IMG/VR virus record: IMGVR_UViG_3300042392_001468 | Source of the DNA: an uncultured virus (IMG/VR IMGVR_UViG_3300042392_001468) | Taxonomy: Duplodnaviria > Heunggongvirae > Uroviricota > Caudoviricetes | Direction: 5' to 3' (one strand) | DNA: 64,000 bases | Shown: positions 36,740-46,599 of the stretch, in pieces | How positions within the stretch are numbered: the first letter of the stretch is position 1 | Layout of the letters: every line of letters starts with the position of its first letter | Notes under the pieces: generated by a model | What the model was told of the DNA's origin: nothing | The model's input: only the letters and a program-made list of their open reading frames with translations | Databases searched by the model: none | Position numbers and translations under genes: made by a program

Positions 36740-38011
36740 CTAGGCAGTTACGCTCGGAGCATCGTCCGTGGCGAACTGCAACTTGCCGAGGCGGTTCGGC
36801 GCTACAGCACCAAGGGTGGCGTACCACCCGAGGTATGCCTGCCAGGTTGCCTCATGCGTACCGGCAACCGAACCGTTCTTGAGTTGGAACACAGTACCAT
36901 CCTGGGGGCTTTCGAGGAAGCCCGGACCCCACTGTTGGAACCAACGAAGCGCCGACTTGTCAATGGCGAACACATTACCCTTGGGGCAATCATCGTCAAT
37001 GACAACCGGAACCTCACCGCTGCCAGAAGCGACCATGATCGCGGAGTAACCTCCGTGGATCTGGACGGCCTGGTTGTTGGTGAACCGCTTGGTGGATTGG
37101 AAAGTGTCAGCAAGCCTGCGACGGATGCCGCGACTCGTAACAAACACTTCCGTATCACCTTGGCCGGTCTGACCAACATCGTCTGAGATAAGCTCAAACG
37201 AGGTTTCGCCAGCGGTGGCCGGTGAAGCGGCCTGAGTACCGACATTACGAACCTGGGAGTTCCAGAACTCGTTTCCGGCGGTGCCTGAGTTGATTGAGTG
37301 GAGCGTCCTGCTGGTAGCGACAATGCTCTGCATTCCCTGCATCTCCTGGCCGTATGAACCGGCGAGGTAGATACCGAATGTAGTAGCAATGGTGCCACCA
37401 ACCGCTGCCGAGAAGGTAACGGTCTTGTTGGCTGCGTCCAGAGCAGTAACGAGATTTCCCGAACCGCCCGCCAGAGTGCTTGCGTCGGTGCGCCTAAGCA
37501 CATCAACGGGGTCGCCCACATGGAGGTACTGGATCGAATCAACCGTGACAGGTCCGACCGTAGTAGAAGCCGTAGCCGCGACAGAAGCAAGCAGACCATC
37601 TCCGGTTCCCCAGATTTGACGGTTTACATCCTTCTTCATGTCCTTGGTCGCACCCTTGACTTCGGCATCAAGCAGGTTCACAAAGGCTCCGGTGTTGGAA
37701 CTTGTGGCTCTGATTGAAGCGTCGGTCAGTTCAATGGACTGGTAGTGACGGGTGATCGGAATGATCGCGTCCTCCCAGACTTGAGTGCCAGCAACCGGCA
37801 GAACTCCGCCGTCACCCCTGGAACCACGACCCCTGTTTCGGGCCTTGTGAACCGGGACGATTGCCCGCCGACCGTGATGGTCTACGGTGAACTCCGTCTG
37901 CCGTTCGATTTGGTCAATCATGTAGGACTTGTGGTTGAGTTGTTCAACGACAGGTCCGACATACAGATCCTTGAGGATCGCGTCTGCGTTTGTCAGTGTT
38001 TGAGTAGCCAT
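36740..38011 (-). CDS. major capsid protein
   Basis: ILKDLY.GP..EQLN...NRQ.WG.G.G...D.DCP pattern; follows scaffold; followed by a terminator. Confidence 0.9.
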   Translation of the reverse strand: MATQTLTNADAILKDLYVGPVVEQLNHKSYMIDQIERQTEFTVDHHGRRAIVPVHKARNRGRGSRGDGGVLPVAGTQVWEDAIIPITRHYQSIELTDASIRATSSNTGAFVNLLDAEVKGATKDMKKDVNRQIWGTGDGLLASVAATASTTVGPVTVDSIQYLHVGDPVDVLRRTDASTLAGGSGNLVTALDAANKTVTFSAAVGGTIATTFGIYLAGSYGQEMQGMQSIVATSRTLHSINSGTAGNEFWNSQVRNVGTQAASPATAGETSFELISDDVGQTGQGDTEVFVTSRGIRRRLADTFQSTKRFTNNQAVQIHGGYSAIMVASGSGEVPVVIDDDCPKGNVFAIDKSALRWFQQWGPGFLESPQDGTVFQLKNGSVAGTHEATWQAYLGWYATLGAVAPNRLGKLQFATDDAPSVTA

Positions 38012-38023
38012 GCTTGGAATCTC

Positions 38024-38866
38024 CTAGCCGAGTAGTTGTTTCTCTTTTTCTAGGCGTTCCCTTGCGATCTGCGCGACATTGTTTGAAGTGATTGGCTCAG
38101 GTGTCGTAGCGGCAGGTCCAGAACCTTCGGGAAGGCCCGGCTGTTGACGCTTCTTGTCAAACAACTGGCTTTCGCCCTTGCTGACAAGTGACTTGTATTT
38201 CTCAAAACCTGCGGCAATAGGATCATCAGATGAATCAATGAACATTTCCGCGAGTTCAAGAACCTCGCCTATGACTTCATCGGGCAGGTCAGGATTTTCT
38301 GTTTTGAGGGCAGAAATAGACTCGTCAATCTGCGCTTCCGCAGCGGCAAGTGCTTCCTTTTCCTGCTGGCTGGTTTGTTGCTGCTGAACATACTCAGCAA
38401 TAGGGCCAACCATTTCCTGAACTTGGTTTTGGAGCAGACTGGTGAGTTGGTTCTTGTCAAACGGGTCAAAGTCCTCATCGGACATATCGCCCGAATCTTC
38501 CTCGCCCTGCCCGGCTTCATAAAAACCGAGTTGTTCGCCTACCTGATCCCACCATTCATGTACCGACTCCTGCGCTTGTTCGTCGCCTTCTGCGGCGGCT
38601 TCAAGTGCGTTAGCCAATCCCAGGTATCCGCCGACTTGCTCAGGGTCCATATCGAACACCCCAAGTTCTTCAAACGGTTTCGTTTTCTCAGAGAGAGATT
38701 GAAACCGTTTAGTGAACGAGGCATCCTGGGCCTTGAGCGCCGGGATAACTGTGTCGTGCATCTCCGGGGAAATGCCATCAAGGAACGCGCTGTAAAGATC
38801 GTTCCCTTCTTGTGTCTCAGCACCTTGGCCCTCTACTTCTGCGGGCTGTGTGGCTTCGTCACTCAT
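38024..38866 (-). CDS. capsid scaffolding protein
   Basis: Very acidic helical protein immediately upstream of the capsid gene. Confidence 0.8.
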   Translation of the reverse strand: MSDEATQPAEVEGQGAETQEGNDLYSAFLDGISPEMHDTVIPALKAQDASFTKRFQSLSEKTKPFEELGVFDMDPEQVGGYLGLANALEAAAEGDEQAQESVHEWWDQVGEQLGFYEAGQGEEDSGDMSDEDFDPFDKNQLTSLLQNQVQEMVGPIAEYVQQQQTSQQEKEALAAAEAQIDESISALKTENPDLPDEVIGEVLELAEMFIDSSDDPIAAGFEKYKSLVSKGESQLFDKKRQQPGLPEGSGPAATTPEPITSNNVAQIARERLEKEKQLLG

Positions 38867-38986
38867 TTACTTCCTTTCGACTGTGGTTTGCCCACGCACG
38901 GCTGTACCTGCTGCCGCAGGTCTTGGCCGAAACTGTGTGCGTACTCTTGGTCACAATAGACACAGAGTACCTGAATGAATGGAAGT

Positions 38987-39145
38987 TTACTCAGGGGTAG
39001 GGTCGGGGGCTGTTTTAGCCACTTCCCAATCGCCGGGACTGGCAAGTTCCATTTGTAACTGTTGTACCAGTTCAGTTACATCATTAGGAGGCCCGGCTTC
39101 AAGGTACTCCCTAAGCGCGGCCTTTAGTTCATGCTCCGTTACCAT
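38987..39145 (-). CDS. small hypothetical protein (52 aa, not in the ORF track)
   Basis: MVTEHELKAALREYLEAGPP...; weak resemblance to 39129-39458. Confidence 0.5.
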   Translation of the reverse strand: MVTEHELKAALREYLEAGPPNDVTELVQQLQMELASPGDWEVAKTAPDPTPE

Positions 39146-39458
39146 TGGTTGCCATCGCAGAAGCGGCTTCGCGCATTTGCTCTACTGCCTTTTCAAACTC
39201 TTGCTGACCAGGGGAGGGTTTATCTTCCCCAAGGGCTGCCTTGGAGTAGTGATTGCCGGTGCCTTCCGTAACACCACCGGCTTCCAACGCCTGCTTTTGG
39301 CCGGGTGAAACTTCGCCTACGGTATGACCCTTGAGCGCAGTAGCAACTTCTTTGAGTTGACCTATTGCGGTATCAGGAAGATCCCTGGGCGGGTTCTCCA
39401 TAAAGTCATTGAGTGCGGCAAGAAATTTGCCTGTTCCGGGGTCTGGGAGATTAGGCAC
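39129..39458 (-). CDS. hypothetical protein
   Basis: Overlaps the portal end; SPGQ repeats. Confidence 0.65.
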   Translation of the reverse strand: MPNLPDPGTGKFLAALNDFMENPPRDLPDTAIGQLKEVATALKGHTVGEVSPGQKQALEAGGVTEGTGNHYSKAALGEDKPSPGQQEFEKAVEQMREAASAMATNGNGA

Positions 39459-41454
39459 TTGATTCCTTTGCTTGTTGTTTGTCTAGCTCTGCTTGGAAAG
39501 CCATACTTTCTTCTTCGGTAGCCAACTGTTGATCTTCGGCTGCCTGTTGTTCTTGGGCTTGCTGTGCGATCTGTTGATTGACCATTTCTACCATGTATGT
39601 ACGGTGTGCGGCAACATGAGCGTCAAAAATCATCTTTAGTTGATCGTCAAGGCCATCGTAACGCGAGGTTTTTTGGAACTCAGTGTGTTCCGCAATGTGG
39701 AACTCATGGTTGTCAAACGAGTTGATACCCACCGGATTACCTTGTAGCAACTGGCGGTTTTCACGATTGACTTGCTTGGCATCTTCGCTAAAGCCTTCAA
39801 ACAACCGATCCAGACCGCCAACCTCGTAATCCTTGAGGAACTTGCGAAGGTTGCGCTCATCAATAGGTACGCCGTATTGAAGCATAAGCCCGAGAACTTC
39901 GGTCATGGCTGCTTGCTTGGCTGCCTTGGAGCGGGGCATTTGCGATCCGGCCTGTACCTCTACTTGCGGATCTTCCCCAAGCATTTCACCCTTGAAAGCA
40001 AAAATGTCCCAATTGCCGTCCTCACCTGCGATTTTGATGAGGCGTTCGTCGGAGTTGTAGGCAGCCCGGTTTTTGAGGATCTTTGTACCCAAGTGACCGA
40101 GCGATTGTTCCATCTGCTGAATTTCCGGGCCGAGCCTAGTTTCATCTGCCTCTTGAAGCAGGTTGATTGCGCTTGCGGCTGTAACGCCGGGCGGGACCGT
40201 TGCGCGGCTGACCTCATGCATGCCCGAGATTTCTTCAATGCTTTTCTCAATCCGAGCCACTTCATTTTCTACATAGACAGGGATGCTGGGGGGCTGCATG
40301 AACTGCGGAATGGGATCTTGAACCGTTGAATCGTATTCGACCAACTCACCAGGGGTGCCGTCATAGCGCACATTGGCTTGGCGGGAAATGGCAACAGCCG
40401 GGTTTCCAAGCCTGCGGGCATTTTCTTTGATCTGGGTGCGAATAATGTTTAGGTCTTGCTGAGGCCCGCGAAGATCGGTAACTACAGCGTGACTCCAAAA
40501 GCGTCCCGGCACCTGTACCGAGCCAAACTTGACATAGGGCATCGGGTCAAACGGTTCCTCTGAAACAAGCAGGTTGTCGTTGGCCCACACAGCCCGCCAG
40601 CCGTTCGGGTACTTGCTGCTGGGTTTACACCAGTATTCCCGCACCTTTACGCCACGATAGGAGCCGGTAGCGCCTCCGGTGACATAAACCCCACCTGTCC
40701 AGCCTTCTGAAACGGCAGAAGGGATCTCAGAATCGGGAATGGGATCGTAGGGAGCGCCGGATGCGTCGGCAGGATAACGGCGGCGGCAGTATTCGACTGA
40801 GCGCACCTTTTCTTCTATTAGCCACTCAATATCGTCCATAGAAGTAGCCAGCGGGTCTGGAAAAATCTCAAATACTGACATTGCTTCTACGCAAAGGTCG
40901 CCTGCGGCAATTTCCTTGACTTCTACTTGTTCAAGGATTTCGGGCGGTAGTTGTTGCGCGGCTTCGGCGCGTAGCGGGGCACCGTTTTCATCAGTTAGCG
41001 GGCCGTCCGGTCCCTCGAGGTATTGAATCTTCTCACCCTTGGTTTTATCCCAATAGATTTTGAGAAATCCGTCAGAACACACATCTGCCCACAACAAAGC
41101 CATGAACAACTTGCTTTGAATAGCAAGTGCTTCCCAATCGTTTTCCAGTATGCGCTCACCTACGCGAGCAGCGTCAATAGCCTTATCATCGGCACCTTGC
41201 GGCGTAGCCGAGAACATGGGGCGATTCTTCGATTTCCGGGCAACCCTGGAAGTAACAACAGGAGTAATGCGGTTATCGGTTACAAGCTGGCGGCGGGAAT
41301 CAATTCTTGGGGTTGATACTCGACCGCCTGCGTACATGACCCATTGTTTGCCCGCGAAGAAAGCGCGGTTGAGCATCCAATCGGGTTCATGGACGAATCG
41401 AGCAGATTTGGCTTGCTCGTATTTCTCATTGAGTTCTGCGACATTTACACTCAT
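39451..41454 (-). CDS. portal protein (P22-like long portal)
   Basis: 667 aa after TerL; N..F..GKQW, G..P.GVTAASAI..LQE.D, DNH..H..EH. Confidence 0.9.
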   Translation of the reverse strand: MSVNVAELNEKYEQAKSARFVHEPDWMLNRAFFAGKQWVMYAGGRVSTPRIDSRRQLVTDNRITPVVTSRVARKSKNRPMFSATPQGADDKAIDAARVGERILENDWEALAIQSKLFMALLWADVCSDGFLKIYWDKTKGEKIQYLEGPDGPLTDENGAPLRAEAAQQLPPEILEQVEVKEIAAGDLCVEAMSVFEIFPDPLATSMDDIEWLIEEKVRSVEYCRRRYPADASGAPYDPIPDSEIPSAVSEGWTGGVYVTGGATGSYRGVKVREYWCKPSSKYPNGWRAVWANDNLLVSEEPFDPMPYVKFGSVQVPGRFWSHAVVTDLRGPQQDLNIIRTQIKENARRLGNPAVAISRQANVRYDGTPGELVEYDSTVQDPIPQFMQPPSIPVYVENEVARIEKSIEEISGMHEVSRATVPPGVTAASAINLLQEADETRLGPEIQQMEQSLGHLGTKILKNRAAYNSDERLIKIAGEDGNWDIFAFKGEMLGEDPQVEVQAGSQMPRSKAAKQAAMTEVLGLMLQYGVPIDERNLRKFLKDYEVGGLDRLFEGFSEDAKQVNRENRQLLQGNPVGINSFDNHEFHIAEHTEFQKTSRYDGLDDQLKMIFDAHVAAHRTYMVEMVNQQIAQQAQEQQAAEDQQLATEEESMAFQAELDKQQAKESSA

Positions 41455-41774
41455 GCGGCTCCGTCAGGCGGTTGGCCGTTGGATTCTACGATTTGTCCTA
41501 CCAAGTGTAGTTCGTCGTGGATACTGTTGTCGGGAAGGGGAGGCCCGGTTGTTGGTGAGGGAGGAATGTATTCGGGGCGTTGAATGCGTTCCAGCAAATT
41601 GTTTCGCTCTACCATCCACTCCTGTTCACGCTGCCTAGCGTGTTCATCGGTGCGAATAATCAAGTCCGTTAGCATTTTGGCATTGAGGTCAGCCGACTTT
41701 CGGGCTTCCCGATTGTTCCAAACCAAAGCGCCTACTACGCTAATTATTACTGCTGTGGTCAATATTTCAACCAT
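41451..41774 (-). CDS. membrane-anchored coiled-coil protein
   Basis: N-terminal TM helix; ER..LL.RIQ.P. Confidence 0.65.
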   Translation of the reverse strand: MVEILTTAVIISVVGALVWNNREARKSADLNAKMLTDLIIRTDEHARQREQEWMVERNNLLERIQRPEYIPPSPTTGPPLPDNSIHDELHLVGQIVESNGQPPDGAA

Positions 41775-41784
41775 GTAATCCTTT

Positions 41785-42159
41785 CTACGCCAACCCGGTA
41801 ACGGCAAGGGCACCATTTGAGTTGCGAAGTAGCCCGCCATCCCATGTAGGTGAATCTGCTGCGCCAACTATAAGGTAGCCGTTGGCAGTAGTAGTAAAGC
41901 CCGGGACTACGCCGTTTACTGGTGTGCCGGATTCTGTGATTACCAAAGCACCATCGGGGGTTCTAACAAATCCCCCGGAAAAAGCAGCATCAGTCGTAGT
42001 CTCAGTGACAAGCAACCGTCCATCTGGGTCAGTTATAAAACCGGGCACAATCCCGTAACCAGCCCCTACATCGTCGGTAGTTACAGCCAGGCTACCGTCA
42101 AGATCAGTAACAAAACCCGGGACTACGGTGCCAAAGGTTTCAGTTCCCGTCAGCGCCAC
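41785..42159 (-). CDS. repeat-containing small virion protein
   Basis: About 5 copies of (P/G)GF.T..DG.L.V. Confidence 0.7.
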   Translation of the reverse strand: MALTGTETFGTVVPGFVTDLDGSLAVTTDDVGAGYGIVPGFITDPDGRLLVTETTTDAAFSGGFVRTPDGALVITESGTPVNGVVPGFTTTANGYLIVGAADSPTWDGGLLRNSNGALAVTGLA

Positions 42160-42628
42160 TCGCTACCTTCCGCTTTGCCTTGCTGATTTTTTCAGCCTTG
42201 GAGCGGTTGGAACGGAGTTGCTTGATTTCTTTGTCATGCGACTCCGGGCCTTGAAGTTGGGGCTTGCCTGCGGGCCGTTTTACCGGATGGTCAATCAAGG
42301 TGCCGACCGTATGGGTCAGGTCAGAAATAGCGCGGTCCTTTTTGCGGGCCTCGCGCTCAGATTCCTTGAGTTGTTCCCGGGCTGCCTCGAGTTCGGCCTG
42401 GTATCGCTCAACATGATCCATGCCGAGCATTCGGGCACTTTCCCTGACGCAATCCTCACAAATTACGATCTTGTCAAGGTACGGCGTGACTTCTGACTGA
42501 GGATCAGTAACAACCGGCCCTTCGTAAATCGCCTCAAAGTCCACATATTCAGGTTGCGGCTCCCGAACCATCGGGGGCTGAAAGCAGACCGAGCATCGGA
42601 TGGGTTTGTCTGCGCCCGCGAGTCTCAC
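42140..42628 (-). CDS. Zn-finger plus coiled-coil hypothetical protein
   Basis: CSVC...ICEDC. Confidence 0.7.
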   Translation of the reverse strand: MRLAGADKPIRCSVCFQPPMVREPQPEYVDFEAIYEGPVVTDPQSEVTPYLDKIVICEDCVRESARMLGMDHVERYQAELEAAREQLKESEREARKKDRAISDLTHTVGTLIDHPVKRPAGKPQLQGPESHDKEIKQLRSNRSKAEKISKAKRKVASGADGN

Positions 42629-42939
42629 CTGAGCGTAGCCCTGCCCTTGATTGGCTTCATTGGCTTCGGCTTACGACCCCACGCGCTTTCTTTTGGACGG
42701 TAGCCCTTACGGGTCGCTTTCTTCTGTACCAGCACCTTAGCGAGTTGCTGAATGGCCTGTGACTGGTTGAGTTTTGTGCCAGATTGCCTTTTCCCCGTCT
42801 GGGGAGGAAGCGGGCGAGTCATTCCGCCGCCTGCGGGCTTGGGCCGTCCGATTGGATAAAGGCCACCGGGGAACTTGGGGCGCTTACTAGCCATTTTGCG
42901 GCGCGGGGGAGCGCCCTTCGCTGGGTAGTAACGCATCAC
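42625..42939 (-). CDS. basic hypothetical protein
   Basis: K/R/P-rich; coupled overlaps. Confidence 0.55.
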   Translation of the reverse strand: MMRYYPAKGAPPRRKMASKRPKFPGGLYPIGRPKPAGGGMTRPLPPQTGKRQSGTKLNQSQAIQQLAKVLVQKKATRKGYRPKESAWGRKPKPMKPIKGRATLR

Positions 42940-43169
42940 GAAATGATGAAGCTGTAGTTGCCGCCTTGCGGAATCTTGTCCGTCTGGACGGTCCCGAGAG
43001 TCTGGATCGCATCGTTGATAAGCGCCGGGTTGATACTAACGCCGTCAAATACGAGCGTGATATGAACTTCGCCGCGCTTGTCTGTACGAACCGGGTTGCG
43101 GGCGGTGTCATCCATCATTGCCGTTGTCTGAGCGGCGGTGTATACGACTTCGGTTGTAGCTGCCATCAC
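42936..43169 (-). CDS. hypothetical protein
   Basis: AGGAG RBS; coupled to the downstream gene. Confidence 0.65.
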   Translation of the reverse strand: MMAATTEVVYTAAQTTAMMDDTARNPVRTDKRGEVHITLVFDGVSINPALINDAIQTLGTVQTDKIPQGGNYSFIIS

Positions 43170-43204
43170 TTGCTCCTGGGTTGAAGGTTAGTAGAAGGGT
43201 ATCA

Positions 43205-44743
43205 CTAGGCGACGGGGATTTCGGGGCGCGATACTGACTCAAAGTGTTCGCGGGCCATTCGTTCCTGTTGTGTCTCTGTAACTCGTTCAAACTCATGGGG
43301 TAGGTACGGGCGGCTCATTACCGCAAGGCGCGTGGCATCCATAAGGTGATCGTGCGACTTGACGGGAGCTTCTTTACCGTCATTTTCACCCGCTCGAGGG
43401 GGTTTCTTCCAACGGTAGGTGCGAATCTCTTTCAGGAAGTTCACGCAGTTTTCACCGATCAAAAGGCGGTCGGTTTGAAATCGCTCGCGTACACGGTTAA
43501 TTCCAGCGGTAACAGAGTTTTGCCCGGGAATAGTGACTACGCCGTGGTCGGCAAACTCCATTTGATCTGAGCGTCCAGTCTGAGAGTTCCGGTTCCTGGC
43601 CGCAGGGTCAATGACATAATAAATCGGCTGGCAATCGTAGTGCGCGTTGGTCTTGTGGATTTCGTCGCACACTTCCCGAATGGTCATATCCTTGAAATAT
43701 CCTTCCTCAAACATGACCATTTTATCGTCAGAGGTCAGGTAGTACCAGCCGACCGCACAGGCATAACGGATGCCCGGGTCTATGGAGACAACGACATTGA
43801 CATTCTCGGGCAAGGGGTCTACCGGGGGCACGGTGTGTTCTTCTCTTTTGAAGTCCTTGTAAACGAGTCCTGACATAGCGACGAACTTGCCTTCTTTACG
43901 AGCAAGTCTTTCTTCATTGGAAAGCCCGCGAAGTGCCTCTACCTTCTCAGCCTCCCCGAGCCAAGGGTTATCGTCCATATCCACAATGACCAGGCCCATG
44001 CCGTCGTGCTGAATGATCCCGCCGTTGTCCTGGGCCAACTCCATTGAGTCAGAGAGTTCGTCGTACATATGGGTCAGACCGTTTACGGGGGTCATGGTGA
44101 ATAGCAGATCCCCGCGCCGACGCATAACTCGTAGCCGGGCTTCCTGTAGGTGTTCTCTGCCCGGTTCTTCGTCCATATGAACGCGATCTAGGGTCGAACC
44201 TCCCCACTGCTGGGCTTCCTGTTGAAAAGTCTTGAACGAGTAGTAGGTGCCGTTCTGTAGGTGTAGAACATGGTTCAACTTGTCATAGGCCGACTTCCAG
44301 TTACCTCCGACCAACTGGTTTGGCGGCAGCCACTCCCTCAATTTCTCAAAAATGAAGTCCTCAATTTCTGAGCGACCCTGAGCGGCGATCCGGCAGCGGA
44401 ACGGTGCGTTGTACCGCTTGAATTGCCGCAGGTGTTCGGGCACCATATCCGCGTCAATGCCTTGGATAATATCGTCCACGATTCCCCAAGTAGTCTTGCC
44501 TGACTGGTTGCCTCCAATGTAGGCGATACGGCGGTCTGTAAAGCCGTGGCCGATCATCTGCTTGGGATGAACAGGCCCGAAGGCCGGGTTGTTGTAGCGA
44601 ATCAGAGGATTGTGCTTTACCGAATCCTCGAGGTTCTTGATTGCCTGAATCGCACGGTCCCGCTTGGCGGGCGGCAGAAGGTCAATGCGATCCTTGGCAA
44701 TCGTGAGTGCGCTTTTGGTCACACGGTAAGTGTACGCATCCAA
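43205..44743 (-). CDS. terL: terminase large subunit
   Basis: Walker A GGNQSGKT, Walker B VHMDEEP, TMTP coupling motif, RNase H-like SIDPG and DH.MDA. Confidence 0.95.
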   Translation of the reverse strand: MDAYTYRVTKSALTIAKDRIDLLPPAKRDRAIQAIKNLEDSVKHNPLIRYNNPAFGPVHPKQMIGHGFTDRRIAYIGGNQSGKTTWGIVDDIIQGIDADMVPEHLRQFKRYNAPFRCRIAAQGRSEIEDFIFEKLREWLPPNQLVGGNWKSAYDKLNHVLHLQNGTYYSFKTFQQEAQQWGGSTLDRVHMDEEPGREHLQEARLRVMRRRGDLLFTMTPVNGLTHMYDELSDSMELAQDNGGIIQHDGMGLVIVDMDDNPWLGEAEKVEALRGLSNEERLARKEGKFVAMSGLVYKDFKREEHTVPPVDPLPENVNVVVSIDPGIRYACAVGWYYLTSDDKMVMFEEGYFKDMTIREVCDEIHKTNAHYDCQPIYYVIDPAARNRNSQTGRSDQMEFADHGVVTIPGQNSVTAGINRVRERFQTDRLLIGENCVNFLKEIRTYRWKKPPRAGENDGKEAPVKSHDHLMDATRLAVMSRPYLPHEFERVTETQQERMAREHFESVSRPEIPVA

Positions 44744-44931
44744 ACCTTTCGATTCCCGGGCACCCTATCCAGACCCTTCATATGAGGACCAGCCATACAC
44801 CAGTCAGGAACATCGTTCAAGTGGAGAAAATCAGTCTTACAACAGAAATGGTCTACGGATTCTTCCTTGGGATTTACCCCCGAGCGCCAATGTCTGACCG
44901 TCCGGGCCTGATCCTCCGGTACTAAACGCAT
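44719..44931 (-). CDS. hypothetical protein
   Basis: GAGGA RBS before MRLVP; overlaps the terL start. Confidence 0.5.
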   Translation of the reverse strand: MRLVPEDQARTVRHWRSGVNPKEESVDHFCCKTDFLHLNDVPDWCMAGPHMKGLDRVPGNRKVWMRTLTV

Positions 44932-45061
44932 GTAGTTTTCTTCCTCGAGCCAGAGAACCAGGGAAGGGCCGTGGTAGGTCAAAGCGCCAGAACAAAAAAG
45001 ATCAGCGCACAAACCAAACCGGCTACGGCTATTTGCCACACCCACAGGTTTTCGGGAGGGA

Positions 45062-45283
45062 TCATGCGAACAGGGCTGTTTGGGGGTCTTTGACCAAGGC
45101 GTAGCGGGCACCGTAGCGCCCTGGGGAGTCCTCGTATCGCTCTGATTGGATTTGGTAGCCCGCGTCTACGAGTTCCTTGATTCGCTGAGAGGGATTGCCC
45201 GAGAATCCTTGCTTTCGCAGGTAGAAGCTAGTTACCGATCCTTGGGTTTCCAGCAGTTCCAAAATGCGGTCTTTGTCGCTCAC
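45062..45283 (-). CDS. winged helix-turn-helix protein
   Basis: RIL.LL...G.VT...RI.EL...GY.I...ARY.L; AAAGGA RBS. Confidence 0.75.
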   Translation of the reverse strand: MSDKDRILELLETQGSVTSFYLRKQGFSGNPSQRIKELVDAGYQIQSERYEDSPGRYGARYALVKDPQTALFA

Positions 45284-45382
45284 TTGTTTTTTCCTTTCTC
45301 AGTCCAAATATTCAGGTATGAAACGAGTGTGGCTCGGTAGCCGGGCTTTGTCCACTTCAGAATCGGTTTCTTGTCCATAGGT

Positions 45383-45775
45383 TCAACTTACCTCCTGTGT
45401 CAAGGCTTCCGCCCTCCAGCGGTTTACCGTTCGACGGCTGATTTTCAAGGCTTGGCTTACTTTTCGCACAGAAATACCGTCCTCGAGCATTTTCAGCCCC
45501 TCGGATCGCCGGGCATCTACTATGGGACTCCTTTTGCGTAGATACCTTTGATCGGCTGACCATACATCGTCGGGGATCATGCGTTCTGAAATCAAGTTTT
45601 CTGTCATTACGCGGTCGGCGGCTCCATATCTGTCAGCCCGACCACCACGCTCCCAATCACTCCAACGCCGAATAGTCGCGTCAGGTTGTTGGTTTTTGAC
45701 AACGCCCTCAGAAAGCAGGAAAGCAATGAACCTGGGGCCATCCAACCAGCGGGGGAGTTCTTCGGGTTTGTCCAT
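45383..45775 (-). CDS. C-terminal HTH protein, homologous to 5480-5842
   Basis: G.SVRKVS..L.ISRRTV.RW HTH; shared N-terminal motifs. Confidence 0.72.
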   Translation of the reverse strand: MDKPEELPRWLDGPRFIAFLLSEGVVKNQQPDATIRRWSDWERGGRADRYGAADRVMTENLISERMIPDDVWSADQRYLRKRSPIVDARRSEGLKMLEDGISVRKVSQALKISRRTVNRWRAEALTQEVS

Positions 45776-46219
45776 GAAATAAACACTAGCGAGCTTGTCA
45801 AATGGTGGTGGTCTGGAAGGTGGTTCTGCCTGATCCCAATTTGGGAAGCCCGGGAATTGGTTAGCCCCCTGGAACGGCAAAGGGGCCGCACGGCCCTTGA
45901 CTGCCATACGACCCCGTTTGCTATGCTTCCAGCAGATCAACGAAGAAAGCGAGGAAAGCGTATCAAATAGCAGAACTTGACAACTCCATGGCGCGAGTCC
46001 CGGCAGAGTGACCTATGAACGGGGCGGTGAATCGGATTCTGACGGCTACCTACTCTAGCGAGGCAAGGAAAGCGCGATCCCCGGCTAACTGACATTGAAC
46101 CAGGCTCTAGTACGCAGACAGCATCATGGAGAAAAGCCTAGCCTCGGGAGAAGGGGCGCTAGTGGGGGGCTACCCCAGAGAGGGTCGAACTGTGCCCAAT
46201 TTCCTGTAAACTAGGCGGT

Positions 46220-46426
46220 ATGGAACAGCGCAAACAACTGGCCCGAGCAATGGCTACCAGGAAGAAGTTGAGGCCCATCAAGGCCAAGTTTGAGGATTCC
46301 CTGGGGCCGCAGAGAAGTGCTCAGCTAGTCAACCGTGGCTACACCTACAGCAACGGATACTGGCGGCAAACCAGACCTCCTTACCGTAGACCCGCGCCTT
46401 TTACGCCGTCCCAACTTCCTGCGTAA
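46220..46426 (+). CDS. basic hypothetical protein
   Basis: TAAACT -10-like box 7 nt before the ATG (leaderless). Confidence 0.5.
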   Translation: MEQRKQLARAMATRKKLRPIKAKFEDSLGPQRSAQLVNRGYTYSNGYWRQTRPPYRRPAPFTPSQLPA

Positions 46427-46497
46427 CTCGGGGTAGAGGACTCGAACCCCTATTGCCGGGACCAAAACCCGGTGTCTTACCGTTAGACGAACCCCGA
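46427..46497 (-). tRNA. tRNA-Gln(UUG), no encoded CCA
   Basis: TCGGGGT/ACCCCGA acceptor stem, CCGGG-TTTTGGT-CCCGG anticodon arm, GGTTCGAGTCC T-loop. Confidence 0.93.
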
Positions 46498-46599
46498 TCA
46501 ACTACAGCGGTAACACCTGCCGCCCTTGAGGTCAGCGACGGGGAAGTAGACCCCGCACTTCCCACAGGCCGCGTATGAAGTGGAAACGGTCATTGAACC

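Noticed and set aside
46020..46050. tmRNA 5'-end-like GGGGCGGTGAATCGGATTCTGACGG
   Set aside because: No matching 3' T-arm/CCA end or tag reading frame found
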